From the human T2T-CHM13v2.0 reference genome, Homo sapiens, in NCBI RefSeq assembly GCF_009914755.1, contig NC_060926.1: 64,000 nt of DNA. The stretch is one strand, 5' to 3'. This document shows, piece by piece, positions 1-18,800 of the stretch. Position 1 is the stretch's first letter, and each line of letters starts with the position of its first letter. The notes below the pieces were generated by a model, which saw only the letters and a program-made list of their open reading frames with translations, did no database searches and had not been told where the DNA came from. Position numbers and translations under genes: made by a program.

Positions 1-5238
<5,238 letters not shown>

Positions 5239-7548
5239 TCAATGTATGATTCTTTAATCCATCATCTGAGCATCCATCTTATAAGGGATCACATTGTTTT
5301 TCTCCATATAGTAAGAGTTTTTCCAACAAGAACAGCAACTCTTTCCCACTGACTTGTGATGCACCTTTTATCATAGATGAAATTTCCCTCTAACCAGGGA
5401 TCTCCCCTCTCCATGCTGAGTTGTCTGTTGGTTCACTGTCACCATACTGCTTAAGACAACAACAGCACCTTTAGAGTGTACCTGAGTATCTGGAAGAGCT
5501 TCCTGCCTACCCTCCTTTGGCTTAGGCATCTGTGGACCTTTATCCCTCCTCGCATGATTCAGAGTGAGTTTCTAAAACTGGAATCTTTACTGGGACTACA
5601 GTGAAGTGATGGATGAATTGAGGGAGAACTGACATCTCCATATATCAGGCCACCCCTCCCAGGAGCAGGAGATGACTTTACCTGGGGAGTATCTACACCC
5701 CCATTCTACTCCCACCTACCAATTAGTCGGCAATTGATGGAGTTGCTCAATCAATGCTAGGGAGCAGATCTCCAGGGAGGAAGACAGAGTGGGCCTGGAA
5801 TATTCTTCAGCATCACTGCTTCCATTCCCAGCCACGCCTGGCAAGAGGGAGGAAACATCCTGTCACAGAACCTATGTTTTCTGGGTGGACGAAACCAGGT
5901 GTCCTGGAGGAAGCAGGTATGGTGGGAAGTTGGGGCAAGGGGCAAGGGGACACAGAGCAACAGAACTTCTGGCTTTCCCTAGCATGGGCCAACCCTCCCG
6001 GCCAGCATCATGAGGCGGCACTGGCTGCTTCCCCCTTGTCCCGGGGATTGGGAGGATTGTTGTGCTTCATTCAGCCTGTCTACCTCATGACTTGACTGAG
6101 CTACACCTCAACATTGTCAAGTAAGTAGACAGATTATCATCCCCATTCAAGAGAAGAGGAGAAGTCATCTCCTGCTAAGGTCCACAGAGAAGGAAGTTCA
6201 CTCATTACCTGAAAAACATTTATCCAGACCTCACAGTGCAGCAGCTTCTTGGCCCTGGGATGTGGCAGAGACCAGACAAATGGTCAAATGGATCCAGTCA
6301 GCATTAGACACCATGGTGGACATGTTGTTCATGTCAGCCAGCACCATTCCCTGAGAAAACCAACCCCGTGCACTCCGTTTCTCCTAGGCTGGTCAATCAT
6401 GGTGCCCCCTCACCAAAGACAGGAAAGGGGGCAATGGTGTGGGTCCAGTCACTACATCAGGACATGCCACACCCCCTAGCCACAGGGATTGGTCAAGAGG
6501 GTATGAGGACGATCCTTGCAGTACCGGAGTCTTCCCTGGGGTTTCATGTGTATGTTGAGGGACAGAAGTTTCTTCCTACTAAGGTTGATGAGGAGGGTGG
6601 ATATAAGTCTTGGGCGGTTGGCAGTCAGGTTTTTATAGAAAAGAGCCTTCAGGAAGAACAAAACCAAGCAGAGACAAGCAGTATGGACACATGAGAGAGA
6701 ACCGGAGGCCTGACAATGTTGCTTTAGCACTTAGGTCCAGCCATGCCTAGAGTTAACACATTCATACTTTCTCGTTATGTGAGCCAACCCATGAGCTTTT
6801 GGCTTATGCATACTTGAGTTGGAATAAGTGGAAACAAAGAGTACCACTGGACAGAGCCCCTACCAACAAATCCAACTCTCTGCCCACTCTACGGAACTTT
6901 CCCCTCAGGTTCCACCACACTCTTTCAGGTTGGGGCTTATTTTGATCATAATTCCCCTGTTCTCAAATTGTCTTTGAATCCAGATTCTGTCAGTAAGTAC
7001 CCTTTATTCCTTATTGGTTTATGACATCTGCTAGAAGGCCAAGCCTGCCTTCTGTGTCATCCCCCAAGTTGGTGTTGAAGATACCGATGTGGAGGACAGA
7101 ACACTGTAGCATGCAGCACCCTCCTCCCTCAGGTTGTCAGCCCTTGAATCTCTCACGCTGTCCCTGGTCTTCACAGAATCCCAGATCCCCAGTATTAGAA
7201 AGGATCTCGGGTTCCCCACTCACTCTATCCCAGCCTCTTGGCTCAAGTTTTCATCTATAGAAGTGGTGCCAGCCTTGGCCAGAGGAAAGTGGCATGTGTG
7301 GTCAGTGTCTGTTGGCAGCTTCCCAGCATCAATGTTCCCATTCTCCTGCCACTAGCACCCATATTTGACTTCTCCATTCTAGGCTGCCATTTGCTGCAGT
7401 GCTTAGCAAGACATTATGGAAGGTTCTGGTATAACGGAAGGGATCTACAACATAGAGTACCACCAATGGTTACCTCTGGAGGTGGCTGTGCTCAGAGCAC
7501 CTGGGCCTGGGAGGGAAAGGGTGTCTCAGAAAGAGGCATGTCTCCTCC

Positions 7549-8135
7549 TTTAATCAGGGTTCCTCAGAGATTGGCATTTGAAATCTCCAGACTGAGTAAG
7601 GAATATTCACCTTCACCCCACGGGGGCAGACACCATCCAATCAGTCGAGGGCCTGGATAGAACAAAAGGCAATGGAAAAGTGAATTTCCTCATAACCCTA
7701 ACTAACGGAGGAGACATGCCTCCCTCTGAGACATCCCTTTCCCTCCCAGGCCCAGGTGTTCTGAGCACAGCCACCTTCAGAGGTAACCATTGGTGGTGTC
7801 TATGTTGTAGATCCCTATTACTCCGGAATCTTCCATAAAGTCTTGTTCAACATTGCAGCAAACCACAGCATAGAATGGAGAAACAGAACCAAGAATATAG
7901 GTAGGGGGATGGACAGATGAGCTTTATTATGGGAATTGGCTCCCGTGATTATGGAAGTTGAAAAGCCCCACCATATGCCTTCTGCAAGCTAGAGAACCAG
8001 GGAAGCTGGTGGTGTAGCTCAGTCCAAGTTTGAAGGCCTGAGAACCTGTGGGTGGGGGTGCTGCTGGTCCAAGTTATAGAACCCAAAGCCTGGATCTAAT
8101 GTCCAAGGGTAGGAGAAGATGGCTGTCCCAGCTGC

Positions 8136-8176
<41 letters not shown>

Positions 8177-8443
8177 GAAGAGAGAGAGAGAGAGAGAAGG
8201 GAAGAAAGAGAGAGCCTGCATGCAAATTCTCTTTTCCTCTGCCTTTTTTCTATCAAGGCCCTCAACCGATTGGATGGTGTCTGCCCCCATTGGGTGAAGG
8301 TGAATATTCCTTACTCTGTCCAGTGATTCAAATGCCAGTCTCTTCCAGAAACACCCTCACAGATATACCCAGAAATAATGCCTTGCCAGCTCTCTGGGTA
8401 TCTGGGTATCCCAGTCAAGCTGACACCTAAAATTAAACATCAC
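7549..8443 (-). mobile_element. MLT2-family (ERVL) solo LTR, interrupted near one end by a templated insertion (about 7571-7877)
   Basis: Recalled MLT2 reverse-strand motifs: 'ttaatcagggttc..cagaga' (7550), 'aacagaacca' (7882), 'tttattatgggaattggctc..gtgattatgga', 'ccttctgcaagctagagaacc', and end 'aagctgacacctaaaattaaacatcaca' (8443). Confidence 0.75.
8139..8212. repeat. (GA)n purine microsatellite
   Basis: Seen directly: GA dinucleotide runs interrupted by AAGGGAA. Confidence 0.97.
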
Positions 8444-10039
8444 ATCTCCTTTTCTCTGCCCCGCTGGTGGTCCCCAGACAGACTGGCAAGAGCCCCTCTG
8501 CCCATTCTAATGCCAGCTCAAGTCCTTTTCTCCAGGTGATATACAGGAGAAAGGCCTGTCAGTGCCTTCAGGGAACACCTGCCCCCAGCCACAGGGAGGG
8601 CCTTTGTCCCTCTGGGCGCAGGCAGTCAGTTAGGTGCATCAGGATATTCTGGGTAATGCATTCTGGCATGAGTCCAGGATGGGGCTCACCAAGTCCAGTC
8701 CAGGTTGGGCAGGGCCCAGCTCAAATCAGTTTATGTTTCTCTCAGGGTCGGGTCAGTCACAATCAGTGTGTATGGCAGCTGGCCTACAGGTCTTGCTGCA
8801 CTGCAGCTCTGCCTCTCCTGCAAACTGCTTGAGGGAGAAAGAGCACACTGAGTCCTCGGTCCCAGACCCAATCTGGGTCTGAGAGGGATGCTTCTTTTCA
8901 AATGTCCAAATTGCAGCAAACAACCACCACCACCATAACAAAATACGTTTCTTCCAAAGAAGCAGCACATCTGACAGCTGAACTCTGAGATGCTGCGCCT
9001 CGTCTCTACAGTCAATCCATGCAACCTTCTAGTCTAAAGTCTCTGCTTTGGGGCTACTTCTCAGCATGAGAACTCCTTAAGAGGTGGGGACGTGTTCACA
9101 ACGGCAAAACTCGGCTGCCTGTACAGATGGTGTTCCCAGAACTAAGAGGCGTCAGCCTTCGGTAAATTCAAGTCTGCACTCTTAGGAGGCAACTTACAAC
9201 TTCGAAGTGAAAGTCTATATTTTTCGTTTTTCAGCGTCAGAGTCTCAGGATCTCGATGTGGACAGGCACCCTGATACAAAAGAACGGTAAGATGGGGTAC
9301 AAAATGGATTCTGCAGGTACCGGGAGGACGTTGCAAATCCCAATGAAGGTGAGTGGATGCACACACAGCCTGGATAGACACGAAATGGCACAAAGGGAGA
9401 GAAAGGCTACATCCCGGAGGGGCAGGGTGTGGGAGTCACATCAGGGCTGGTGAGTCAGAGACGAGGGAGGATGTGAACACGTTCTGTGCTGTCTTGGGCC
9501 CCGCCAGGCTCATGTGTGGCTTTGCTCCGGCACACGTGTGTCACATGCTCTGGAACTGTGGAATCCTCTGGCATGTCAGGCGGGCTCATTCCATGGGGGC
9601 AGGAACAGAGAGCCCAGTCATTCGCACGTTCATCTGTTCTATACTGCTTGCCTCCCACTGGCTGGTCTCCTGCTGGGTGCTGGGAACACAGTTACAACAT
9701 GAATGAACCCATAAGGTCTTTGTTTACGCGGAGCTTAGGGCCGAGACAGGAGTCAGGTCTTAATCAAATAACCACACGAATGAACACACCGGCCACAGGC
9801 CCAGCTGAAACCTTAGCACCGCGCGGCTGCTGGAGGTCCCTGACGGTGGTCTAGGCTTCACATTAACAAAGGAAATGACACTGGGAGGCCTGACTTGTTT
9901 TTCATGACTGCAACTGTCTCTTGATGATCTTCTCTCCTTTCTAATCGTCCCCAGCTCAGAATTTTGCTAGAGCCGAACCCCAGCTTGGAGGAGCGTAAGC
10001 CCTGGGATAACTTCTTTAATCAGAATCTGGCCTGAGTCC

Positions 10040-10760
10040 CTGCTCGAAGCTCAAGCACCCGGGGCCTCGCGGCCGCCTGCAGTACTCCCCTCCCACCGCG
10101 GGCCAGGGCCGACTGGAAAACGGAGCAGGCCATCCCCAGAGCACGGGTCCCGTGGCCACGTTGAGTGTCGCAGAGTACGGGACGCAGGGCGGGGCTTCTG
10201 GACCAGCGCGCATCCCAATTGGCTCTCGGGGCTGCCTTTTAGCCGGACGCGCGGAGGTGGGCAATCCGCTCCTTCCCTTGAGCAGTCCACGCCTTGTGGC
10301 GGCTTTGCGGAGCTGCTGCTTTGGCGGGAGTTGGAAGCTGGTGTGAGGTGAGAGGCGCGGTGGTCGCTCCCCGGCGAGGCCAGGTCAGAAGGGGACCGGG
10401 ATCATCCAGGGGCTTTCCTGCTTCAAGAGCCTGGTCTGAGCGGCCTGTTGGGGACTGGGCGGAAGTCGAAAGGGAGGGAGTGCCGGCCATGCGGGTCTTG
10501 TGGCGGGAATGAGTCCTTGTGGGGCGTGGTGTTGTGGAGAGCCCCGCTTTGCCTCTTCCTCGGCATCCCGTTCCCCTACATCCAGAGAGGGCATCCAGGA
10601 CCTGATGTCGGGCAGGTGCCCTTCGCACATCTTGGGGTAGCTCGGGGAGCGCCTGTCACGGGTCTGACGAGGAAGCTGAGGCCTGAGGGGCCCTGGGCGG
10701 GGGCTGTGGGGCGCCGAGGCCATGTTTGAGCAGAGCCGGGAAGGTGAAGTTCTCTTGCGG
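10040..10760 (+). promoter_or_regulatory. GPAT2: CpG-rich promoter and probable first non-coding exon of GPAT2 (donor GAG|GTGAGA after 10347)
   Basis: High CpG/GC density, GGGCGG GC-box near 10187, CCAAT near 10215, good 5' splice site at 10348, about 2.5 kb upstream of the ATG exon. Exon start not determinable. Confidence 0.7.
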
Positions 10761-11090
10761 CTCTCTGTAGGGCACAAGCATTCCAAACGTGGGGGCAGGT
10801 TTAGAGTTTTACCCTTGATCAAGGGCTGAACGCTCAGATGTGCACAGGCTCAGGCGTCAGTGATAATCAAGGTGGAGGCAAACGGGAGGGCTCCTGCTGT
10901 CGGGCTAAAGGGACAGTGGCGGCCAGCTGAGCCCTGTGGGGTGTGTGCTCAGAGATGCCAGAGCTCAGCTTTTTCCATTACAGCCGCGACTGGAAACCTT
11001 GATTTTCAAAAAATGTATATGTAACAAGCCCTCTGCTGTTCAACGTTGGTTTTACATCATAAGGTTTTAGCACGTTGTGTAGTCAAAGAA

Positions 11091-11241
11091 GTGTGTGTGT
11101 GTGTATATATATGTATATATGTATTATATGTATATATGTGTGTGTATATATGTATATATGTATTATATATGTATATATGTGTGTGTATATATATGTATAT
11201 ATGTATTATATATGTATATATGTGTGTGTATATATATGTGT
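11091..11241. repeat. (TG)n/(TA)n compound microsatellite
   Basis: Seen directly. Confidence 0.97.
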
Positions 11242-12840
11242 CTATGAGTTGAATTTGCCCTCGGGGTGCCAGTTTGCATCCTCTGCTGTAGGAGTCCTGA
11301 GCTGTGTTGTTAACTGGCAGATGGGAATAACCCCTTGCCATGGCTTTGACTCTGCTTCCGTAGAGCTAGCACAGACCTAATGGGGTTAGATTTGGGGGTT
11401 GGGGGTGGTCTGCAGCTAGGGGACAGACACCCTCCTTGCAAAGCGGGCGTGGGTTTGTAGCCTTCCTGTACCATGTGTCTGTGAACAGGGCTATGCAACA
11501 TTTTCAAGATAACAGAGTGCCTTTGGGATGAGCCTCCCGTGGCCCCCGAGACCCTGGGCACTGCAGGGATCCTGATCCCATTACTGCTTGGCTTCCTGGC
11601 TGGAAACCGAGCTGACTGGGGAAAGGAGGAACGCGCCTGGAGAATTCTTGGGAGGAAGTTATTGTGGGTCAGCTGGCTCTTCCTGGTTCCCTCTTGCACA
11701 CCGGGCAGACTGCTGGACATACAGAGATGAGTCCCTGCCCTCAGGACACTCTGACCACGTAGGGAGATGAAACCATAGCCCTGGAGGAGGGCTTCGAATG
11801 GCTCTTTGCCGGGCAGGCTTGGGCTGGGGAACCCAAGGAGGAGAGGGAGGGCTTAGAGGGTGTTCCAGAAGCATCGTGGACTTAGAACCCTGGGCAGAAT
11901 TGGGTGGGTGGCTGGGAAGGGAGAGGCTCCTAGATGGGCCTGATCGAAGTGTGGTAGGGATGGGGAAACATGATTAGACCAGCCCACTCATCAGGGTCGT
12001 GCTGACAAATAGGGAAGAGGGGCTTTTAGGCCCAAATTTTTGAGCCAGGAGTCGTTCAGTGCTGTTTGAAGGAACATAGGTATTTATTAGTTCAGGGAAA
12101 TATTGTGGTGGGAAGGAGGGGCTGAGGAGATACAAGTGGCGTCTTCTGTGGAGAACGTTAATGTGAGAGGGGAGTGATTGTGGAAAAGTCTGTCTTTGTC
12201 CCCAACTAGATGCTCATTCCTGGTGAGTAGGCCTCTGTGTTCTGACCCTGAGTTGTCCCTCTTCTATTAGCCAGCCCACATTCCCGTAATGTTTGGGTGG
12301 TTACAGGGCTGTCTCCTGGTGAGGAGGGGAGGGCAGCTGAGTAGGACCTGGTGGCCTCATGGCGATAGTCTTCTTCCTCCTTGGCAGTCTTGTGCCTCCT
12401 TCCTTCCAATCCAGCCCTCATTCTTTCCCTCTGCACAGAAAGGATCAGCATCTCCGGTACAGCCCCCATCTGTGCTAGGAGATGGCCGGGTGGGTGTGGA
12501 TGCTAAGACAACCGATCCCCCTCATGTTGGCCCGAGGAGGGCCCTGACCTGGATACTGTGAGACCTTTTGAGGACAGCTGGCTCCTTTGTGGGATCAGTT
12601 GGGTGTGGGGCAGGGCCTTGACCTGAGCCAGCCCCTAGTTTCCAGCCTAGGTTCTCCTCACCACTAATGGCCTAAGTGATGTCTGTCTGTCCTGTGATGG
12701 GGGGTTGCAGTTACCGCAGGAGGCCCTGGATTATGGCTCAGATTCTTATGGCTCCATCCTTGCACCTTTCCCCGGCTCAGGTTTCTGTGGGGAGAAGGAG
12801 AGTGCCAGAGGTGACTGGTTCGTGGTTCTTCTAGGCTCTC

Positions 12841-15800
12841 ATGGCCACCATGTTGGAAGGCAGATGCCAAACTCAGCCAAGGAGCAGCCCCAGTGGCCGA
12901 GAGGTAATGTGTCTCCTCCCATTCCTCAAATCCTCTCTGCCCTGCCACCCCTTCTGCTGTGCCCCTCACTCCTAGAGCCTCCATTGCTCCATCTTTCCCT
13001 CTCTCCTGCCAAGGACTTTGAGTCCTCTCATCTCTCCTCATCGCCCTTTCCAGGCTAGCCTGTGGTCGTCAGGCTTTGGGATGAAGCTGGAGGCTGTCAC
13101 TCCATTCCTGGGCAAGTATCGCCCCTTTGTGGGTCGCTGTTGCCAGACCTGCACCCCCAAGAGCTGGGTGAGTGATGGTAGGGCCAGGCCCCAAGCAGGA
13201 AGCTTGGTTCTGGGAGCCGAAGCTCTGGGAAGCTGCTTCCTTTATGTCCCTGAAAGCTTGGCTCTTCCCTGCCCCATGCCTCTGCTTCTGTCTTTCAGGG
13301 GAATGGATGCACTGGTATTGGTTGTATGGTTGGGCGGTGGCTTGTTCCCAGGCCTGGGAGAGTTGGGTGGGAGAAGTACAGAGGGGCCTAAGTGGTGGTA
13401 GGGTGTGCCCAGAGGGCTGGGTTCTTATCATGCCTGTGTCAGTTTTGTTGTTCAGTTTTGTGGACATCACCCACTCAGACTTCCCCAGCACTCAGCACAT
13501 GCTTGAAGACCTCTTTTTTGGTTTGTGTCATGTGATGGTGGTGAGGGAGCCCAGATTTCTCATGGAGACCCAGGCTGCGTTTTCTCTGCTGTTGAGAAGA
13601 TAACTTCTGGAGACTTTCATATACCACTCTGAAAGAGGGTGATTCTGTACAGGATACAGCACTTCAGTTTTGAGCATGGGCCCCTTTTTCCTGAGCCAGC
13701 CTAGAATCTGGGGTCAAACACCTTTTGTGAAATACTGTGCTGTAATCTTTTCTCCTGGAAGACTTAGCAGGCCACCAGGCAGAGCCAGAGGGGCAGTACA
13801 GGGGCGTTTCTTTACCAGTTTGCAAAGGCCCCCCAGGACATGCTGTCTCTCCCCCTGTCTTGCAGGAGTCCCTCTTCCACAGAAGCATAACGGACCTAGG
13901 CTTCTGCAATGTGATCCTGGTGAAGGAGGAGAACACAAGGTAGTCAGAGCTATGGACTGGAGCAGGCTTGGGGACAGGGACCCTTGGGTGCAGGGCTGCT
14001 GGGGCCCTGCTTTTTGGTGCCATTTTCTTCCTCTGATAGAGAAAGAAGGGCCCCGTCCTCTGTTCCATACACAAGCCTGCAGGGAGGGGCAGACTTGGAG
14101 CTCTCTTGCAGTTCCTTCTGTGAGCATGTATGGATTGCCCACCGTGTTTCAGGCTGTGAACCTGTACCCGACTCAACAGGGTGAGGGGTGGGAATGGGGC
14201 ACAGATGGACAGGCAGCTCTTCCTGCTCAGGTGTTCCTAGTACATGGGTCTGGGGTGTGGTCCCTTTCTGATTGAATAGCCTTCTGTGAGTCCTAGTGGA
14301 GGTGGGCCCTCTCTGAAGGATCTTCCCTCCTGCTCTGGGAGCTGTGCCCAGGTTTCGGGGCTGGCTGGTTCGGAGGCTCTGCTATTTCCTGTGGTCCCTG
14401 GAGCAGCACATCCCCCCCTGCCAGGATGTCCCACAGAAGATCATGGAAAGCACCGGGTGAGGAGGCAGGGAGTGAGGTCTGGCTGGCATTTCTGGGATCC
14501 TGAATGGGATGACAATGACACTAGGTAGGGGTGTTTGAGAGGGGTGGCTGGGGCAAGGCTTCTAGAGCATGAGCTTTGCCTGGGACCCTTCCTTAAGGAG
14601 GAGAGTGAAGACTGGAGGCTGTGCCCTGCTGCAGCCTCATAGCACTCCTTCTAACCCCCTCACAGGGTGCAGAACCTCCTCTCAGGGAGGGTCCCAGGAG
14701 GCACTGGGGAAGGCCAGGTGCCTGACCTTGTGAAGAAGGAGGTACAGCGCATCCTGGGTCACATCCAGGCCCCACCCCGTCCCTTCCTGGTCAGGTAACT
14801 GGGCTGAAGGGCACTCACCCTTGGGCTGGGGACTCTGTCCTTCTGGAGAGCGGGTGTTGGCCGGGCTTGGGGAAGTGCTGGACTCTCCTCCTGGGTTGCT
14901 GGATAGTGTTTACCAGAGTGGGCTGCAGCCTGCCTTCACCACCGCCTCCCATCCCCACATTTTGCCAGCACAGGTTGGAGCCTCTGTTAGATGCAGCACA
15001 CTGTTCCAGGGAAACGGAGGGTAAACGAGATATGCGCGGCTGCAAGGAGGAAGGAACAGGGCTGAGACAGAATACCAGGAAGGGGACAAAGAGCCTGTAA
15101 GCCAGAGCCAAGAGGAAGAAAAGGCGAACAAGAATGAGGCGAACAGTCTTGCTAGAGGGAATAGCCTGAGCTTTGGCCCTGGGCAGGAAAGGACTAGGTT
15201 TGCTCCAGAAGCTGACGTGGTTGGAAGCCAGCAAGTGAGGGGTCGAGAGCTGTGGGAGGTGAAATCGAGAGGCAGAAGGGATCAAATCATGTAAGGCCGT
15301 GCAAGTTTGGACTGGATCTCCAAGTGCAGTGAAAACCAGTTGCAAGGTTTTAAGTGGGAAGTGACATCATGAATTGGGGTCAAGAGTGGAGACCAGAAGG
15401 GCATCTGGAAGGCTGTTTTGTTAATCCAGGTGAGAGATCATGGTGGACAGTAGAGGTTGAAAAGTGGATTGAGAGGTCGAGGTGATATTAACAGGACTCA
15501 CTGAGGGATTGGACAGTGGGAACAGGGGCAGTGAGGGAAGTAGGAGAAGTTACAGGACAGCCCCGTTTCTAGCCTACTTTCTGGTGGTATGGACAGAGAA
15601 CAGGCTTTGGGAGAAGTGAGTTGGCCCAAAAAGGTAGTTTGGAGAGAGAGAGTTTTGGTACCTGACATGCTTGTGGAGACACTGAGGAGGCAGCTGCATA
15701 TAGGAGCCTGGAGCTCAGAAGAGAGGTTGGGGCCAGAGACACTGCGAGGCTTTAGCATACAGATGGTGTTTAAAGCCAAGGAGATGAATGAGTCCCTGAG

Positions 15801-18800
15801 TACAGGTGGGCTTGGGGGCAGCATGTGTCAAGCTCAGCTGTCTTGAATGTGCTGAGTGGCCAACTGAGCAAGGACAGAAAGTAGAGGTTGTTGGTGACCT
15901 TGACCAGCCCTCTGCTGTTCTAGTCTCTTGATCTGCCTACCTTGACATCAGCCATCAGCCTCCCTTTCTGTGTTTCCTTCCCTCCAAGCCTAGCTCAGAT
16001 TGCAGGCTCGGGGTGCTAATAATGCTCTTTCGAGGGAGTCATGGGCATGACCCCCCGCTGTCTACCTTCTCTTTGCACCTGAGCAGCCCAGCGTTGCCAG
16101 AGAAACACATACCAGTGGACTGGTTTCCTTGCTAAGTGCAAATGTCACAGGGACACATGGCACTCTCCAGGGCTCCCACCCAGCCTGCTCCTTCTTAGAC
16201 TTATCCACTGTCAACTGATTCCCCATCTCATGCTTCACAGAAAGATAAAAGCCATCACATGGGGACTTGCTGCTTATCCAGCACATTTCCCTGCTACTAC
16301 AGCTATGTGTCTGTCCTAAATTAAAGCTGGTCCTATGCCGGTGCAGTGGCTCACACCTGTAATATCAGCACTTTGGGAGGCTGAGCGGGGTGGATCACCC
16401 AAGAGCTGAAGACCAGCCTGGGCGACATAGACCAGCCAGGGCAAACTTGTCTCTCCAAAAATTAGCCGGGTGCACTGTTGCGTGCCTGTGGTCCTAGATG
16501 CTTGAGAGGCTGAGGTGGGAGGATCGCTTGAGCCCAGGAGGCAGAGGTTGTAGTGAGCCAAGTTTGTGCCACTGCACTTCAGCCTGGGCAACAGAGCAAG
16601 ACCCTGTCCTAAAAAATAAATAGAGCTGGTCCTCCTGTTGGGCTGCAGGGACAACCCCACCCACCTGCCCACCAGGGATTTTGCCCCTGCAGTTATCCCC
16701 TTTCCTTCTTCTATTACTAATCCTTCCTTTTTATTTCACCTTTTCTGGTAGATTGTGAAGACCAGGCTGGGTTCTGCCTGGAGAGAGGCTTGGTCCTCTA
16801 GTCTCCTTTAGGGTAAATTGAGGCAGATGCTCTGATTCTGATGTGAGGCAGCTCCACCATGAGGTCGTGGGAGAGTAGCAGCGTCTGGTGGGCATGAACT
16901 CTGGTGTCAGAACTTCCAGTCCCAGCACTGCTACTTCTTAGCGTTCACTACCAGGAAGCAGTTCTGTAGCTTCCCTGAGTCTCACTTTCCTTCTTCTGTA
17001 AAATGAGGATAGTGGCGGGGCCTGCCCTAAGGAGCACTGGGCAGCCCTCCAAGTGCCACGGGCCGAGCGTCACTCCTTGCCGCACCTCAGGCCTGGTGTC
17101 CCTCCCCAGGCTGTTCAGCTGGGCGCTGCTGAGGTTCCTGAACTGCCTGTTCCTGAATGTGCAGCTCCACAAGGGTCAGATGAAGATGGTCCAGAAGGCC
17201 GCCCAGGCAGTAAGGCCCGCCCTCCATTGGGTTGGGGATGGTGGGAGCAGAAGAGCAGAGGCTGGGCCAAGCCCTTAAGTCAGGAGCAGTCCCCATCTGG
17301 TCCTGCTTCCTGGCCTCTCTGTTCCCAGCCATACAGCAGTCCAGTCCCCATCAGCTGGTGGGAAAAATCCCCTGCTCTTTGCCGACCTTCCCTTATGTCT
17401 CACGGCCCTGCTCCCATGGGGCTTCCTCTAACGTCTTTCCATCATGGTCTTAACAACCATGACGTCAGTGCGTCGGTGCAGTTACCTTAAGAGTTGTCTA
17501 AAGGCTCCTTTGCTTTTGGGAAATGTGCTCAGAGGAAGAACTCTGCAGCTGAACTGTCCCTCCCTCTGGGGCTGCCCTGGGTCTTTGGCTGCCTGTGTCC
17601 TCAGGGTGGGGCAGGTTGGCACTTCCCTCTGGCTCTCCCCGGAGCAGGGCTTGCCGCTTGTCCTCCTCTCTACTCACAAAACCCTCCTGGATGGGATCCT
17701 GCTGCCCTTTATGCTGCTCTCCCAGGGCCTGGGTGTGCTTCGTGTGGCCTGGGACTCCCGCGCCTGCTCCCCTGCCCTCAGGTAAAAACCTTTTGCCTCT
17801 AGACATACATGGGAGAAGTCGCAGGCTGGGGCGGGGTGTGTATCGGGGTGTGTTGGCAGCAGCTCCCTACTAAAGGCCCTCTTCGTGGCCTCTCTGCTCC
17901 GAGCCATACAGCAGTCTAGCCTGTGGGGCTTAGATGGAGGTGTCAGCCACAGGGCCTAGGGCCATGGCTTTGCCTCAGGGTATTCAAGTAGGACACAGGC
18001 TGGCCATGGGGGAGCTGAGACTCTCACTAGCCCCTTACTCATTCACATCTTCAGAGCCCCTTTCCTTATCAGGCTCTGCCCTATGTCCCACAGAGCTCTG
18101 CTGAGGAAGCTTGGGGGGCTTTTCCTGCCCCCAGAGGCCAGCCTCTCCCTGGACAGCTCTGAGGGGCTCCTTGCCAGGGCTGTGGTCCAGGCGGTGAGTG
18201 CCCCCAGTGGTTACATATGGGCCAGGCTAAGGGGACAGGGGTCTGTTTCTGCTCTGGCCTTAACACCCCCTCTGACCCCTCCTATTCCAGGTCATAGAGC
18301 AGCTGCTGGTTAGTGGGCAGCCCCTGCTCATCTTCCTGGAGGAACCTCCTGGGGCTCTGGGGCCACGGCTGTCAGCCCTGGGCCAGGCTTGGGTGGGGTT
18401 TGTGGTGCAGGCAGTCCAGGTGGGCATCGTCCCAGATGCTCTGCTGGTACCAGTGGCCGTCACCTATGACCTGGTTCCGGATGCACCGTGTGACATAGAC
18501 CATGTGAGAATGTGAGACCTTCCAGCCCCTTGGGCCCCTAGGTGGACACCAGCTCCCGATAGGAGGCACAATATTGTGTCCTGTGGCTGAGCCCCACTTA
18601 GGGCTGTGGGGGGCACAAAGGAATCGTCCTTACAATCATCTGGCAGCACCTGTCAAGGCCATTACCATCATCTCATTTCATCCTCTGAAGACCTTGATAG
18701 GGAGGGATTTTTCCTGTGTCATGGATAAGGAAAGAGGAGCTTGGGACAAGGTCACGCACCAGTTTGGGCCTGAGATAAAACTGAGCAGGGTGGGACCAGA

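Noticed and set aside
8019-8430. ERERER/SLSLSL ORFs
   Set aside because: Translation of the (GA)n microsatellite.
11046-11380. Hydrophobic YIC/VY-rich ORFs
   Set aside because: Translation of the (TA/TG)n repeat.
13664-14275. 201-aa and 170-aa ORFs inside GPAT2
   Set aside because: Mostly intronic and either out of frame with or antisense to the real 74-nt exon; no recognisable homology.
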